A stretch of 64,000 nt of DNA from Clostridia bacterium (GTDB taxonomy: Bacteria > Bacillota > Clostridia > Oscillospirales > SIG627), in the NCBI GenBank assembly GCA_017517325.1, contig JAFWZW010000018.1, forward strand, positions 8,061 to 72,060, written 5' to 3'. The position numbers were made by a program, and so were the translations under genes. Shown here piece after piece: positions 22,898 through 30,995 of the stretch. The notes beneath the pieces were generated by a model. The model made no database searches and was not told where the DNA came from. It worked only from the letters and a program-made list of their open reading frames with translations. Numbering within the stretch: position 1 is the first letter of the stretch; every line of letters starts with the position of its first letter.

Positions 22898-24148
22898 TTA
22901 ATTTGTTAAAATCATTTTTTCTTTTTTTCCAAGCGTCACCACCATTGGAAACGCCGCAAGACAAAGGATCATTCCCAGAAGCATACCAAGACGCATGCCC
23001 AGCTGCTCAGGCTTTAAAGCAAGCTTCTCGGAAAGGGCGATCATAACGGGAGTCACCATAGAAAGATCCGTGATCACCCCCACCGCTTGGGGCGCAAGAG
23101 ACGCACCCAGATCACCGCCTGCCGCCATCATTGCGTAAAGGAATACGCCTCCTGCGGGAAAACGGTCGGAGGCTATGGTCAAAGAGCCGGGCCAAAGCAT
23201 AGAAACGCAAAGCCCCGTTGCGGCGGCGGCCAAAAGCCCAAGCCAAGGATACGGAGTCACAGCCGCAAGCAGATAACAAAGGGCCGCTCCCAAAAAGCCA
23301 AAACGAACGGCGTTATAAACGCTTCTTCCCTTTTGGGCGTAAAAGCTTCGGCCTAAGCCCATCATCGCCCCGAAGAAGGCAACACCCAGTACGTCACCCC
23401 AGACCTTTTGGATCCCAAGGGTGCTTTCCAGATAGCCCGACGCCCATTGCTCCATAATCAGCTCCGCGCCGCCGCCCAAGAAGATCACGGCTACGCAAAG
23501 CCAAAAGCCACCGTTTTTCAAATATTTCAAAACCCCCGTGGCCTTTCCCGGTGTTTTCATAGGGGGGATCTCAGCGCCCGCAAACAGGATCAGGGCTGTC
23601 AGGGGAATAAGGGCGGCAAAGAGCATCAAAAGGGGCCAGGCGCTACTACCGAAGATCAGAAGATAAAGGGTCGAGAGGATCACCACCGGAATGGTGCCCC
23701 AAGCAAAGAAGGAGTGAAGGCGGCTCATTTCCCGATCCGGGTCCTTTGCGGGAATGGCGGCGATCACGGGGCTTAAAAGCACCTCTCCCAAACCCGAAGA
23801 GGCAGAGAAGATCACCGTACCCGTCACAAGCCCCAAAAAGGCGTATCGGGGGAAAAGCCAAGGCAAAAGCGCATACAGAAGAAAGCCCAGTACCGTAAGA
23901 TACGGCATTGTCTTTACCGTTTTTTTCAGATCAAGGCGGTGAGAAAAGAAGGATAAGATCAGGTCAACACCAAGCTGTGTAAAGAAATTCAGAGAAACCA
24001 AAAGCCCCAGCTGTGCAAAACCGATCCCGTAGAGAGAACGGAAGGTAAGGAACAGAATGGGGGGAAGGTTTGCCACCACCGCCATGGAAAAGGAGCCCGC
24101 ATAGCAGGCAAGCTTTACCCGCTTATACTGCTTTTGCAAGTCCGTCAT
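22898..24148 (-). CDS. MFS transporter
   Basis: About 12 hydrophobic helices over 416 aa. The start overlaps the upstream stop (ATGA). Confidence 0.75.
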   Translation of the reverse strand: MTDLQKQYKRVKLACYAGSFSMAVVANLPPILFLTFRSLYGIGFAQLGLLVSLNFFTQLGVDLILSFFSHRLDLKKTVKTMPYLTVLGFLLYALLPWLFPRYAFLGLVTGTVIFSASSGLGEVLLSPVIAAIPAKDPDREMSRLHSFFAWGTIPVVILSTLYLLIFGSSAWPLLMLFAALIPLTALILFAGAEIPPMKTPGKATGVLKYLKNGGFWLCVAVIFLGGGAELIMEQWASGYLESTLGIQKVWGDVLGVAFFGAMMGLGRSFYAQKGRSVYNAVRFGFLGAALCYLLAAVTPYPWLGLLAAAATGLCVSMLWPGSLTIASDRFPAGGVFLYAMMAAGGDLGASLAPQAVGVITDLSMVTPVMIALSEKLALKPEQLGMRLGMLLGMILCLAAFPMVVTLGKKEKMILTN

Positions 24149-24963
24149 TTTTTGGGATCCTCATAGATAAAACGGAAGGTAGAAAGGGCGTTCCACTCAT
24201 CCCCTTTTTCTACCGGCTGATTGTTGGCGTAATAGAAATAAAACTTATTGTATGCGGATGTATTCTGAATGGAGAACTCCTTACCGTAAGAGGCTGTCAC
24301 CGTAGCGCGAATGCCGCTTTGCTTTCCGATAATGGTCATTTCGTCGATGGATTCCTTGCAGCCGGGGGAAAGGGGTGTTTTGTGCCCTTCCTTGCTGACA
24401 TCGTATTCCTTCCCCTGATAAAGGGCGGTATCGGTAATGAGAAAATCCCCTTCGTTCCGACGAATGGGAAGCATCGTAAGAAAGGCGCGGTTGATATGAA
24501 CGCTTTTTTCCCACTTCAAATTCTGCTTCAGAGTCAGCATTCCATCTTTGAATACATACTCCTTGCTATGAAAGGCAACAGGCTCGTCACGGGTGCCTTG
24601 AAGAACGATGCGGCTTTCCTGACGGATGAAAAGAGCCTCGGCCTCGGGCTGAACGTCAAAGGCGGTCAGGTGCTCGTAGCCGTGGAAGCCCCCGTGAAAG
24701 TCGGGCGTGCCCTCGATCTTAAAGGCACACTCCCATTCTCCGGCGGTGGTAAGGGGAAAATCGTAAATATCCTGAAATCCCTCTCCTTCTTTGCGGCAAA
24801 GGCGAAGCTTATGCAAGCGCCACAGATTTTGATTCTGGTGAGTGCCGCCGTCGGTAAAGGGCTTTTCAATGTGGCGAAGGGCAAAGCGGAAGTATCCGTC
24901 TCCTCCGGGTATATAGATCCCCAATTCGTTTTCCAATTGCTCTAAATAATAGGCTTTTTCCAT
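24145..24963 (-). CDS. hypothetical protein (272 aa)
   Basis: Good RBS (AAGGAGAG), translationally coupled to the MFS gene. No motif recognised. Confidence 0.5.
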   Translation of the reverse strand: MEKAYYLEQLENELGIYIPGGDGYFRFALRHIEKPFTDGGTHQNQNLWRLHKLRLCRKEGEGFQDIYDFPLTTAGEWECAFKIEGTPDFHGGFHGYEHLTAFDVQPEAEALFIRQESRIVLQGTRDEPVAFHSKEYVFKDGMLTLKQNLKWEKSVHINRAFLTMLPIRRNEGDFLITDTALYQGKEYDVSKEGHKTPLSPGCKESIDEMTIIGKQSGIRATVTASYGKEFSIQNTSAYNKFYFYYANNQPVEKGDEWNALSTFRFIYEDPKK

Positions 24964-24980
24964 TTCAGAATCTCTCCTTA

Positions 24981-25769
24981 TTATATCACGGTGATCTTCA
25001 CGATTCCCTTATCGTCCGCATAGCGGCGGTAGGGGGGCTGATCGAAGGAAGCGGAGGCCTCTATCATCTCCTCGGGGGTCTGTTCCCCAAGAAGCACAGG
25101 ATTCTCTTCTTTCAAATATTCGCTCAAGCCGTCACTGGCAAGAAGGATCACGTCGCCTTTTTTTAGTTGGATCTGTCCTTCATCCAAGGTTTCGCAAACG
25201 GCTTCATCTCCGTTGAATATACCGTAGCAATACTCGCTTTCGGGGTGGTTGCAATGGTGCGCGTAGCGTTCTTCTTTGGTCAGACCCAGTTTTTCCACTG
25301 CGCTGACTCCGGTCTGCGTTCCGAAAAACTCAACTTTTCCATCCCGCAGTAACACGCCCACGCAATCCCCTAAATAAACGTAATAAAAGCAGTCGTTGCG
25401 CACCAAGCCCACGATTCCCAAGGTACCGGGGTAAAAGCCCCACTCTTCAAGGGAACGGGAACCGCGAAAAGCACGGATCTTATCATTGGCTGATAAAACG
25501 GCACGGCGCAAGAGAGCAATGGGGTCTTCCCCCTCCCCGTGCTCCGAAAGGAAACGGAACACCGCTTCGGAAACGATCTCGTTCACCTTGCAGGCGGCAC
25601 TCTCAAAGGGCGCTTTCTCATATTCCTCATGGATGCGGGTGATTCCGTCCAGCACCATATAAAATCCGTTTGCGGGATCTGCCAACACGCAGTCCTCAAG
25701 GGGCTTGGGCAGATCTCTCGTATGGGGCTTCGTTGCGGTAAAAGCCCGATACTGATAGCGATTCATCAT
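24981..25769 (-). CDS. PP2C/SpoIIE-like serine/threonine phosphatase family protein
   Basis: Start at ATGATG 25764-25769, with its RBS inside the end of the upstream gene. Metal-binding-type blocks: MVLDGITR, YVYLGDCVGVLLRDG, VILLASDGLSEYL, YADDKGIVKITV. Confidence 0.65.
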   Translation of the reverse strand: MMNRYQYRAFTATKPHTRDLPKPLEDCVLADPANGFYMVLDGITRIHEEYEKAPFESAACKVNEIVSEAVFRFLSEHGEGEDPIALLRRAVLSANDKIRAFRGSRSLEEWGFYPGTLGIVGLVRNDCFYYVYLGDCVGVLLRDGKVEFFGTQTGVSAVEKLGLTKEERYAHHCNHPESEYCYGIFNGDEAVCETLDEGQIQLKKGDVILLASDGLSEYLKEENPVLLGEQTPEEMIEASASFDQPPYRRYADDKGIVKITVI

Positions 25770-25776
25770 ATTTTTT

Positions 25777-27291
25777 CTATTCTCCAACGGTAAGTTCTTC
25801 AAAGCGGGTGGTGATATCAAAGATATATTTATCCAGATGGCGGGTATCGTCACACGCACCGAATTTTGAAGTATACACAACGTTATCCTCAAAGGCATCT
25901 AAAATAATGCGCATCTGTTTGCCACTGATGGGATGGGGGCGCTTCCCCGGTTTGCAATTCTTTAAAATAATATCAATGAGGATTTCGGAGGGGGGCATTT
26001 TCCCCTCTAAATTCACGCAGAAATACGGCTTTCCCATCCCCGTCACCAATTCGATCTCCTCACAGAAGGAGGGAGAGTTGAGCATATTTTTACTAAGATA
26101 AAACACGGCTCCCACACAACGCTTATCCGTAATACGTTCCTTTACGTATTCCTGCCAGCGATTTCCGGAGGCTATATTCTGATCGTAAAGAAAGGGCACC
26201 TTGTGTCTGTAAAGCTCCAGAAGATCACAGTAAACGGAATGAAAATCCAACGTGGAATAGCAAACGAAAAAGTAACGGTCCTCTTCCCTGTGTTCGGGAA
26301 CCGGCGGAAGCAAGTGACACTGATTCTGGACGGGTGCTTCCAATACCGCCTTTTTGATCTCATCCAGCCTCTCGGCAGGAACGGTGAAGCGGGGGTGCTT
26401 CCGTTTATCCTGAATATCCCACACCTTTCGGCAAAATTCCTGATATTCCTTTCGTTCTGCCCCGCGGTACACCTTTTTTTCCACCAAATAAGACTCCGCT
26501 CTCTGCAGATCTGAAAGCACGCGTTTGCAAAGGGCATCAAACTCCTTTCCCTTAAGGGAAAGGCCGGACAAAAAATCAAGCTTTGCTTTGATGTAATAAT
26601 ACTTGGGATATCGGGGATTGCGAGCGATAGCTTCTTTGATGTACTTCATTGCACGGGGGAGCTCATCATCCGACAGCATATCCGCATCATATTCCAGCAC
26701 CATACAAACCGTAGAGGCAAAGGAGCAATAAACGCCGGGGTTGCAGATTTTCTCCTCCATGAGGCGGAAAATGGCATTCCCATCGTGATTCAACGCCTTC
26801 CGATAATCGTAAGGGGAACGGCTCCGTTTATAATAGCGGGAAAAAACCTCGTTATAAAGGGGATAATCGAAAAAGGCATCTTCGAAGATCTCCTCCGCCA
26901 GCCCGCGAAGCCCTTCCAGATCATCGGTCTTTTTATAAATAAGAGACAGGGCGTAATAAGCGGCAAAATCCGATTTCTTCGGAACGATCTTTTTTTTGCA
27001 AGAGAGAAGGGCGCGCTCCAGGATCGTTTCCAAGATTTCGGCAATGCTCCGAAAGGTCTTTTCCACAAAATACTCAAGCGCAAGATTAAACGCATATTCC
27101 CCTGTACCGAACCGTTCGGTGATCTTCTGCAATGCACGGACGGTTTCCTCCGTCAACGCTTCATTTCCTGCACTCTCTGCTTCATCCAAAGCGGGCAGGA
27201 GTGCATTGACCACTTCTTTTACTTCTTTTAATGTTTTTTCATACGTTTCCGCATTTTTTGCGGAAACCGTTGTTTTTTCTTTTGAATCCAT
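25777..27291 (-). CDS. helical-repeat protein with a C-terminal TIR-like domain
   Basis: The C-terminal ~130 aa reads YFFVCYSTLDFHSVYCDLLELYRHKVPFLYDQNIASGNRWQEYVKERITDKRCVGAVFYLSKNMLNSPSFCEEIELV. This follows the TIR pattern: hydrophobic strand plus xSY/S, ...G..w...i, then S.x[WF]C..E. The N-terminal ~330 aa are alpha-helical and TPR-like. Confidence 0.6.
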   Translation of the reverse strand: MDSKEKTTVSAKNAETYEKTLKEVKEVVNALLPALDEAESAGNEALTEETVRALQKITERFGTGEYAFNLALEYFVEKTFRSIAEILETILERALLSCKKKIVPKKSDFAAYYALSLIYKKTDDLEGLRGLAEEIFEDAFFDYPLYNEVFSRYYKRSRSPYDYRKALNHDGNAIFRLMEEKICNPGVYCSFASTVCMVLEYDADMLSDDELPRAMKYIKEAIARNPRYPKYYYIKAKLDFLSGLSLKGKEFDALCKRVLSDLQRAESYLVEKKVYRGAERKEYQEFCRKVWDIQDKRKHPRFTVPAERLDEIKKAVLEAPVQNQCHLLPPVPEHREEDRYFFVCYSTLDFHSVYCDLLELYRHKVPFLYDQNIASGNRWQEYVKERITDKRCVGAVFYLSKNMLNSPSFCEEIELVTGMGKPYFCVNLEGKMPPSEILIDIILKNCKPGKRPHPISGKQMRIILDAFEDNVVYTSKFGACDDTRHLDKYIFDITTRFEELTVGE

Positions 27292-27399
27292 TTTTCCACC
27301 CCCTTCGCATAGAAAAAATTATACCATTTGCCCTACCGTTTGTCAACCGATCCCCTGCGGGGGTCCCGCAGCTCCCTTGCCCCTTTTCTCTCTTTTCCC

Positions 27400-27427
27400 T
27401 TGACAATCCACAAAAAAATGTTATAAT
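27400..27427 (+). promoter_or_regulatory. near-consensus extended -10 promoter driving the tandem units and tRNA-Pro
   Basis: TTGACA (27400-27405), 16-nt spacer ending in TGt, TATAAT (27422-27427). Confidence 0.7.
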
Positions 27428-27504
27428 GGTTTGGCTATGGATTCGGCACAGTCGAAAACGCAAGATCCAACGCACTTCCCCACCCCAAAGCCCACTGCAC
27501 CATG

Positions 27505-27896
27505 ATCGAGGCGTGGCTCATTTTTGGGACGTTTGCGAGCGCCGCCGGGGGCGGATCAAGCGAGCAATAAGGAGTGGCAGCAACACGCCGATTGGCAAGC
27601 AAACACCTTTGCGCAGACAGAGGCGATGTTGCAACAGGAAGAGCGCCGCATAGCGGCAGAGCATAGTTTTTTCAGGCACTATTACTAAAATTTGTTTTTT
27701 ATCGAGGCGTGGCTCAGTTTGGGGACGTTTGCGAGCGCCGCCGGAGGCGGATCAAGCGAGCAATAAGGAGTGGCAGCAACACGCCGATTGGCAAGCAAAC
27801 GCCTTTGCGCAGACAGAGACGATGTTGCAACAGGAAGAGCGCCGCGTAGCGGCAGAGCATAGTTTTTTCAGGCACTATTACTAAAATTTGTTTTTT
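27505..27896 (+). repeat. two 196-bp tandem units (97% identical), each beginning with the first ~20 nt of the downstream tRNA-Pro
   Basis: Unit 1 is 27505-27700 and unit 2 is 27701-27896, with 6 substitutions between them. The first 22 nt of unit 2 are identical to 27897-27918, which is the 5' end of the tRNA plus 2 nt. A second 12-nt tRNA match (agagcgccgcgt) lies at 27836-27847. Confidence 0.9.
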
Positions 27897-27898
27897 AT

Positions 27899-27975
27899 CG
27901 AGGCGTGGCTCAGTTTGGTAGAGCGCCGCGTTCGGGACGCGGAGGCCGCAAGTTCAAGTCTTGTCGCCTCGACCA
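27899..27975 (+). tRNA. tRNA-Pro (anticodon CGG), CCA encoded
   Basis: Hand-folded cloverleaf. Acceptor CGAGGCG/CGCCTCG with C1:G72 and A73. D-stem GCTC/GAGC. Anticodon stem CCGCG/CGCGG with loop TTCGGGA (CGG, G37). T-arm GCAAG-TTCAAGT-CTTGT. Confidence 0.9.
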
Positions 27976-28018
27976 AAAATCGACAAGTTTCGACAGAGAC
28001 TTGTCGATTTTACTTTTT
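27976..28018 (+). terminator. rho-independent terminator after tRNA-Pro
   Basis: Stem aaatcgacaagt / acttgtcgattt followed by T-rich sequence. Confidence 0.8.
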
Positions 28019-28203
28019 CACTATTAACTCTTCACTTTTCACTCTTCTCTTTCGAAACTTGTCGATTAGGTAATAAGTAATAGTGAATAGTGAAGAAGTG
28101 CTGATGAAGCTTTTCTCCCTTTAGTCGAAAAGCATTATATTTTACTAGAGTTCGAATTCATACGCAAAGCTTCCGAAAATATCTTTTTCATAGCCCATAG
28201 ACA

Positions 28204-28245
28204 CAAAAAGAGGACACCAATTCGGTGTCCTATTTTTATTTTTGA
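28204..28245. terminator. hairpin terminator downstream of the FliB-like gene
   Basis: Stem ggacacc / ggtgtcc with T-runs on both strands. Confidence 0.6.
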
Positions 28246-28311
28246 TGATAAGCCTTTGGAGTTGCAGCCTTCGCGTTCCGCTATGCGGCGCGTTTTTGAT
28301 TCAAGCTTGCA

Positions 28312-29487
28312 TCAAAGCGAGATCAGGTGGCACAGTCGGAGGGGAGACGTACAGTCAAGCCGCTGCATCAGGTGGGCGGCGAGGCGGTCAAATTCGGTAT
28401 GATCGATCAGGCGGAACGCAGCAGCCATTCCGTCGATCAAACCGCTTTTATTGGGGTGCTCTGCCGTGATTCCCAAGCCGAGAAAACGCAGGATCGCATA
28501 AACCGCACAAAGGGCAACGTACTCGCTATGCATACTTTTGGGGCGATCCTGAAAGGGAAACACCGAGAAAAACATATGGTTGACCAGCATATGCTCGTAA
28601 AAAGTCTCCCAATTCGGTGCCAAAGCTTCAAAGCGAGACCTTGCGGTGTGATAGCGTCGGAGCGCACCGTCACCACTTCCGAAATATGCAAGTGCCGCTT
28701 CTCCGTACCCGCGGATGCTTTCACTTCGCTCATCCAGAATGGCGATCATCTGTTCCACCATATCAAGCCCGAACGCCAAGTGCTCCTCACGTATTTCATC
28801 GATATGAGCAAGGGTGAGCCAATCGCGATGGCGACGGGCCAGGATGTGATCCAACATTGCCTTATCCTTTCTTTCAAAGGCAACGTCCATATCGTCAAGC
28901 ACCTGACCAAGGCACATGATTCTTTGGGACAAGGGCATCCCCCGATCCTGAATGATCGAGATCAGATAGAGCCTTACGTTCTGCTCAACGCCCAAGGTCT
29001 CAAAAAAGGATCGTCTTTCGGGCAAGGGCGGCATTTCCACCGTCAGCTCACGGCGAACAAATGCAATGGGCTCTTCTTTTTCCAACATCAGCTCCAAAAC
29101 CGCCTCACAGCTGTTGGCGCAGGAGCATTCGTACAACCCGTCCTCCCAGCGGATTCCCCTTGGATACAGACGGCAAACGTCTGGCAGGATCTCTTCTCCC
29201 AGCTCGGCGTGGATGGCGCAACGCCCGTCCTGCATTCGCAGGGGGCAGTTGCCGTCGTAGCGGGGCTCAAACCGTGCATATTTCTCCTCGGTGGGACGGT
29301 CGACTACACGAACGCCGCAATCCAGGCGGCGCCGAAGATCCTCGTTACAATCAAGCCCCAACAGGCGAAAGTAATTTTTCATAGAGATGGAGATGGGCCA
29401 ACCGACGCAGCAAGCCGAGCGGCACGCACCCATTTTACAGGAAAAATTCATGTAATAATCCGGCATCAAAAAAGTATGTGTTTCCAC
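28312..29487 (-). CDS. FliB-like (flagellin lysine-N-methylase family) Cys-rich protein
   Basis: MPDYYMNFSCKMGACRSACCVGWPISI is the N-terminal CxxxxCxxxCC signature of the FliB/YkgJ-type family as I remember it. Likely start is GTG 29485-29487, 6 nt after GGAGG; ATG 29466 is the alternative. Confidence 0.55.
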   Translation of the reverse strand: METHTFLMPDYYMNFSCKMGACRSACCVGWPISISMKNYFRLLGLDCNEDLRRRLDCGVRVVDRPTEEKYARFEPRYDGNCPLRMQDGRCAIHAELGEEILPDVCRLYPRGIRWEDGLYECSCANSCEAVLELMLEKEEPIAFVRRELTVEMPPLPERRSFFETLGVEQNVRLYLISIIQDRGMPLSQRIMCLGQVLDDMDVAFERKDKAMLDHILARRHRDWLTLAHIDEIREEHLAFGLDMVEQMIAILDERSESIRGYGEAALAYFGSGDGALRRYHTARSRFEALAPNWETFYEHMLVNHMFFSVFPFQDRPKSMHSEYVALCAVYAILRFLGLGITAEHPNKSGLIDGMAAAFRLIDHTEFDRLAAHLMQRLDCTSPLRLCHLISL

Positions 29488-29629
29488 AAAAAACCTCCAA
29501 AAATAAAAAGACAAAGGTCAACCTCATATTGTCAGTTCACCTTTTTCGCAAAAATTATACTACTTTTTTTCTGCATTTTTCAAGATTTTTTTGAAATTTT
29601 TCCTGAAAAATTTTTAAGCTTTTTTGCCA

Positions 29630-29665
29630 GAAAAAACAGAGGTATTGCAATGCAATACCTCTGTT
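29630..29665 (-). terminator. terminator of the nine-gene operon
   Basis: Palindrome cagaggtattgca / tgcaatacctctg. It is followed by a T-run on the minus strand, immediately after the PBP stop. Confidence 0.75.
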
Positions 29666-29669
29666 TTGA

Positions 29670-30995
29670 TTATTTTGCTCTTGGAACGAGCTTTGCCAAT
29701 TCGTTGGCGATGGTGAAGGTGCTGACGCCGCTGCCGCGGGAATCCTCCACGATGATATAGAAGGCAGTCTTTGCTTCTTCGATCACCCCCACCAAAAGGC
29801 TGTTTTCCGCGGTCTCACCAACCTCGGAGGTGCCCGTTTTGGCATAGGTAACGGTTTCATCCAAACCAAGATTGTAATAGGTATAATCGTATTCGCGGGT
29901 ACCGGAATACCAATTCTTTTTCACCGTGGAAGCGGTGGAAGAGGAAAGGAGCTTTTCGGCATCCCCTTCTGCCTCGTAGGTGACCTTATTCTTGTTGGGG
30001 TTGGTGACGGATTCGACAAGATAGGGTCTGGCAACCTTTCCTCCGTTTGCCACGGCGCCGGCGATCATTGCCATTGAAACGGGGCTGACCTGACTTTGCC
30101 CCTGACCGATCAGAGCCCAAACGTCGTCAAAACGCTTGGTATTGGCAAAAACGGTGGAGGAGTTGGGGCGGGTCAAGCCATCCATTTCGTTTTTTTCGTG
30201 TTCGGTTTCATTCACCTCAAAGCCAAGCTCTTCCAGCGTTTCAATGGCTTTTTCCACGTCAAACTGGGTAATGAGATAAGCAAAGAAACCGTTGCAGCTT
30301 TTTCCCAGAGCTTCATCAAAGACCAGCTTTCCGTGAGACCCGGGGCAATTGATCTTGGAGCCATCCGGAAGCTGAAAAGAGCCGTTGCAGGTGTAGGACA
30401 GATCCTTCAATTTGATTTTTTGATCCGCCGCTACGATAGTAGCAACCAGCTTCATGGTAGAGCCGGGAGTATAGAGGGAATCCACACAGCGGTTGATAAA
30501 GGCCGCGTTTTCGTAATCAGGGGCGTAATGAGGAAGGGTGATCATCGTATAGATCTCGCCGGTTTCGTAGTTATAGGCAAAGCAACAGCCCTTCCGATCC
30601 CCAAACTGGGAGATCAAATGCAGCTGATCCTCCTGAGAGAGAAGGGTTGTTTTCATTTGGCGCGGCTCCCCTTCCACGGTGCGATAGCCGGTAAGAGAAT
30701 TGACGGAGCCGGGAACCAGCTTGGCGGCGTGGCGATACAAGACCGTATTGTGCATTAAATTGCCGTGGCCGATGGTGTTGCCATAGGCCTTGAAATCGCT
30801 TACCTGCCCGTTGTAGATGATCTGACCCGTTCGGTCGGTAATGACGCCGTGGATATCAGCAAAGCGGAATACGTCGTCATAGGTCAAATCATCCGTAGCA
30901 CCGCCGATGCGAAAAAGCGCGATGACCATAGAGATGGCCAAAACCCAGGAGAGGATGCTGAATACGACACCCATCCTCTTTTCTTTTCTTCTCAC
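29670..30995 (-). CDS. class-B penicillin-binding transpeptidase (small PbpA-like bPBP)
   Basis: N-terminal TM helix. Motifs STMK (SxxK), SCN (SxN) and KTGTS (KTG). GTG start overlaps the SEDS stop (GTGA). Confidence 0.85.
   Translation of the reverse strand: MRRKEKRMGVVFSILSWVLAISMVIALFRIGGATDDLTYDDVFRFADIHGVITDRTGQIIYNGQVSDFKAYGNTIGHGNLMHNTVLYRHAAKLVPGSVNSLTGYRTVEGEPRQMKTTLLSQEDQLHLISQFGDRKGCCFAYNYETGEIYTMITLPHYAPDYENAAFINRCVDSLYTPGSTMKLVATIVAADQKIKLKDLSYTCNGSFQLPDGSKINCPGSHGKLVFDEALGKSCNGFFAYLITQFDVEKAIETLEELGFEVNETEHEKNEMDGLTRPNSSTVFANTKRFDDVWALIGQGQSQVSPVSMAMIAGAVANGGKVARPYLVESVTNPNKNKVTYEAEGDAEKLLSSSTASTVKKNWYSGTREYDYTYYNLGLDETVTYAKTGTSEVGETAENSLLVGVIEEAKTAFYIIVEDSRGSGVSTFTIANELAKLVPRAK

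Noticed and set aside
27231-27653. 140-aa + strand ORF crossing the TIR gene start, the promoter and tandem unit 1
   Set aside because: It spans a divergent promoter region and a repeat. The Arg-rich translation is implausible, and the ORF is not preserved in unit 2.
27505-27896. Tandem units considered as a CRISPR array or as two extra tRNA genes
   Set aside because: The 196-bp units abut directly with no spacers, so they are not CRISPR. Each has only the acceptor 5' strand, the D-arm 5' half and one 12-nt match, with no anticodon loop, T-arm or acceptor 3' strand. They are therefore not functional tRNAs.
28327-29760. 477-aa + strand ORF
   Set aside because: It is antisense to the FliB-like gene and runs through that gene's promoter and terminator regions. 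It has no RBS.
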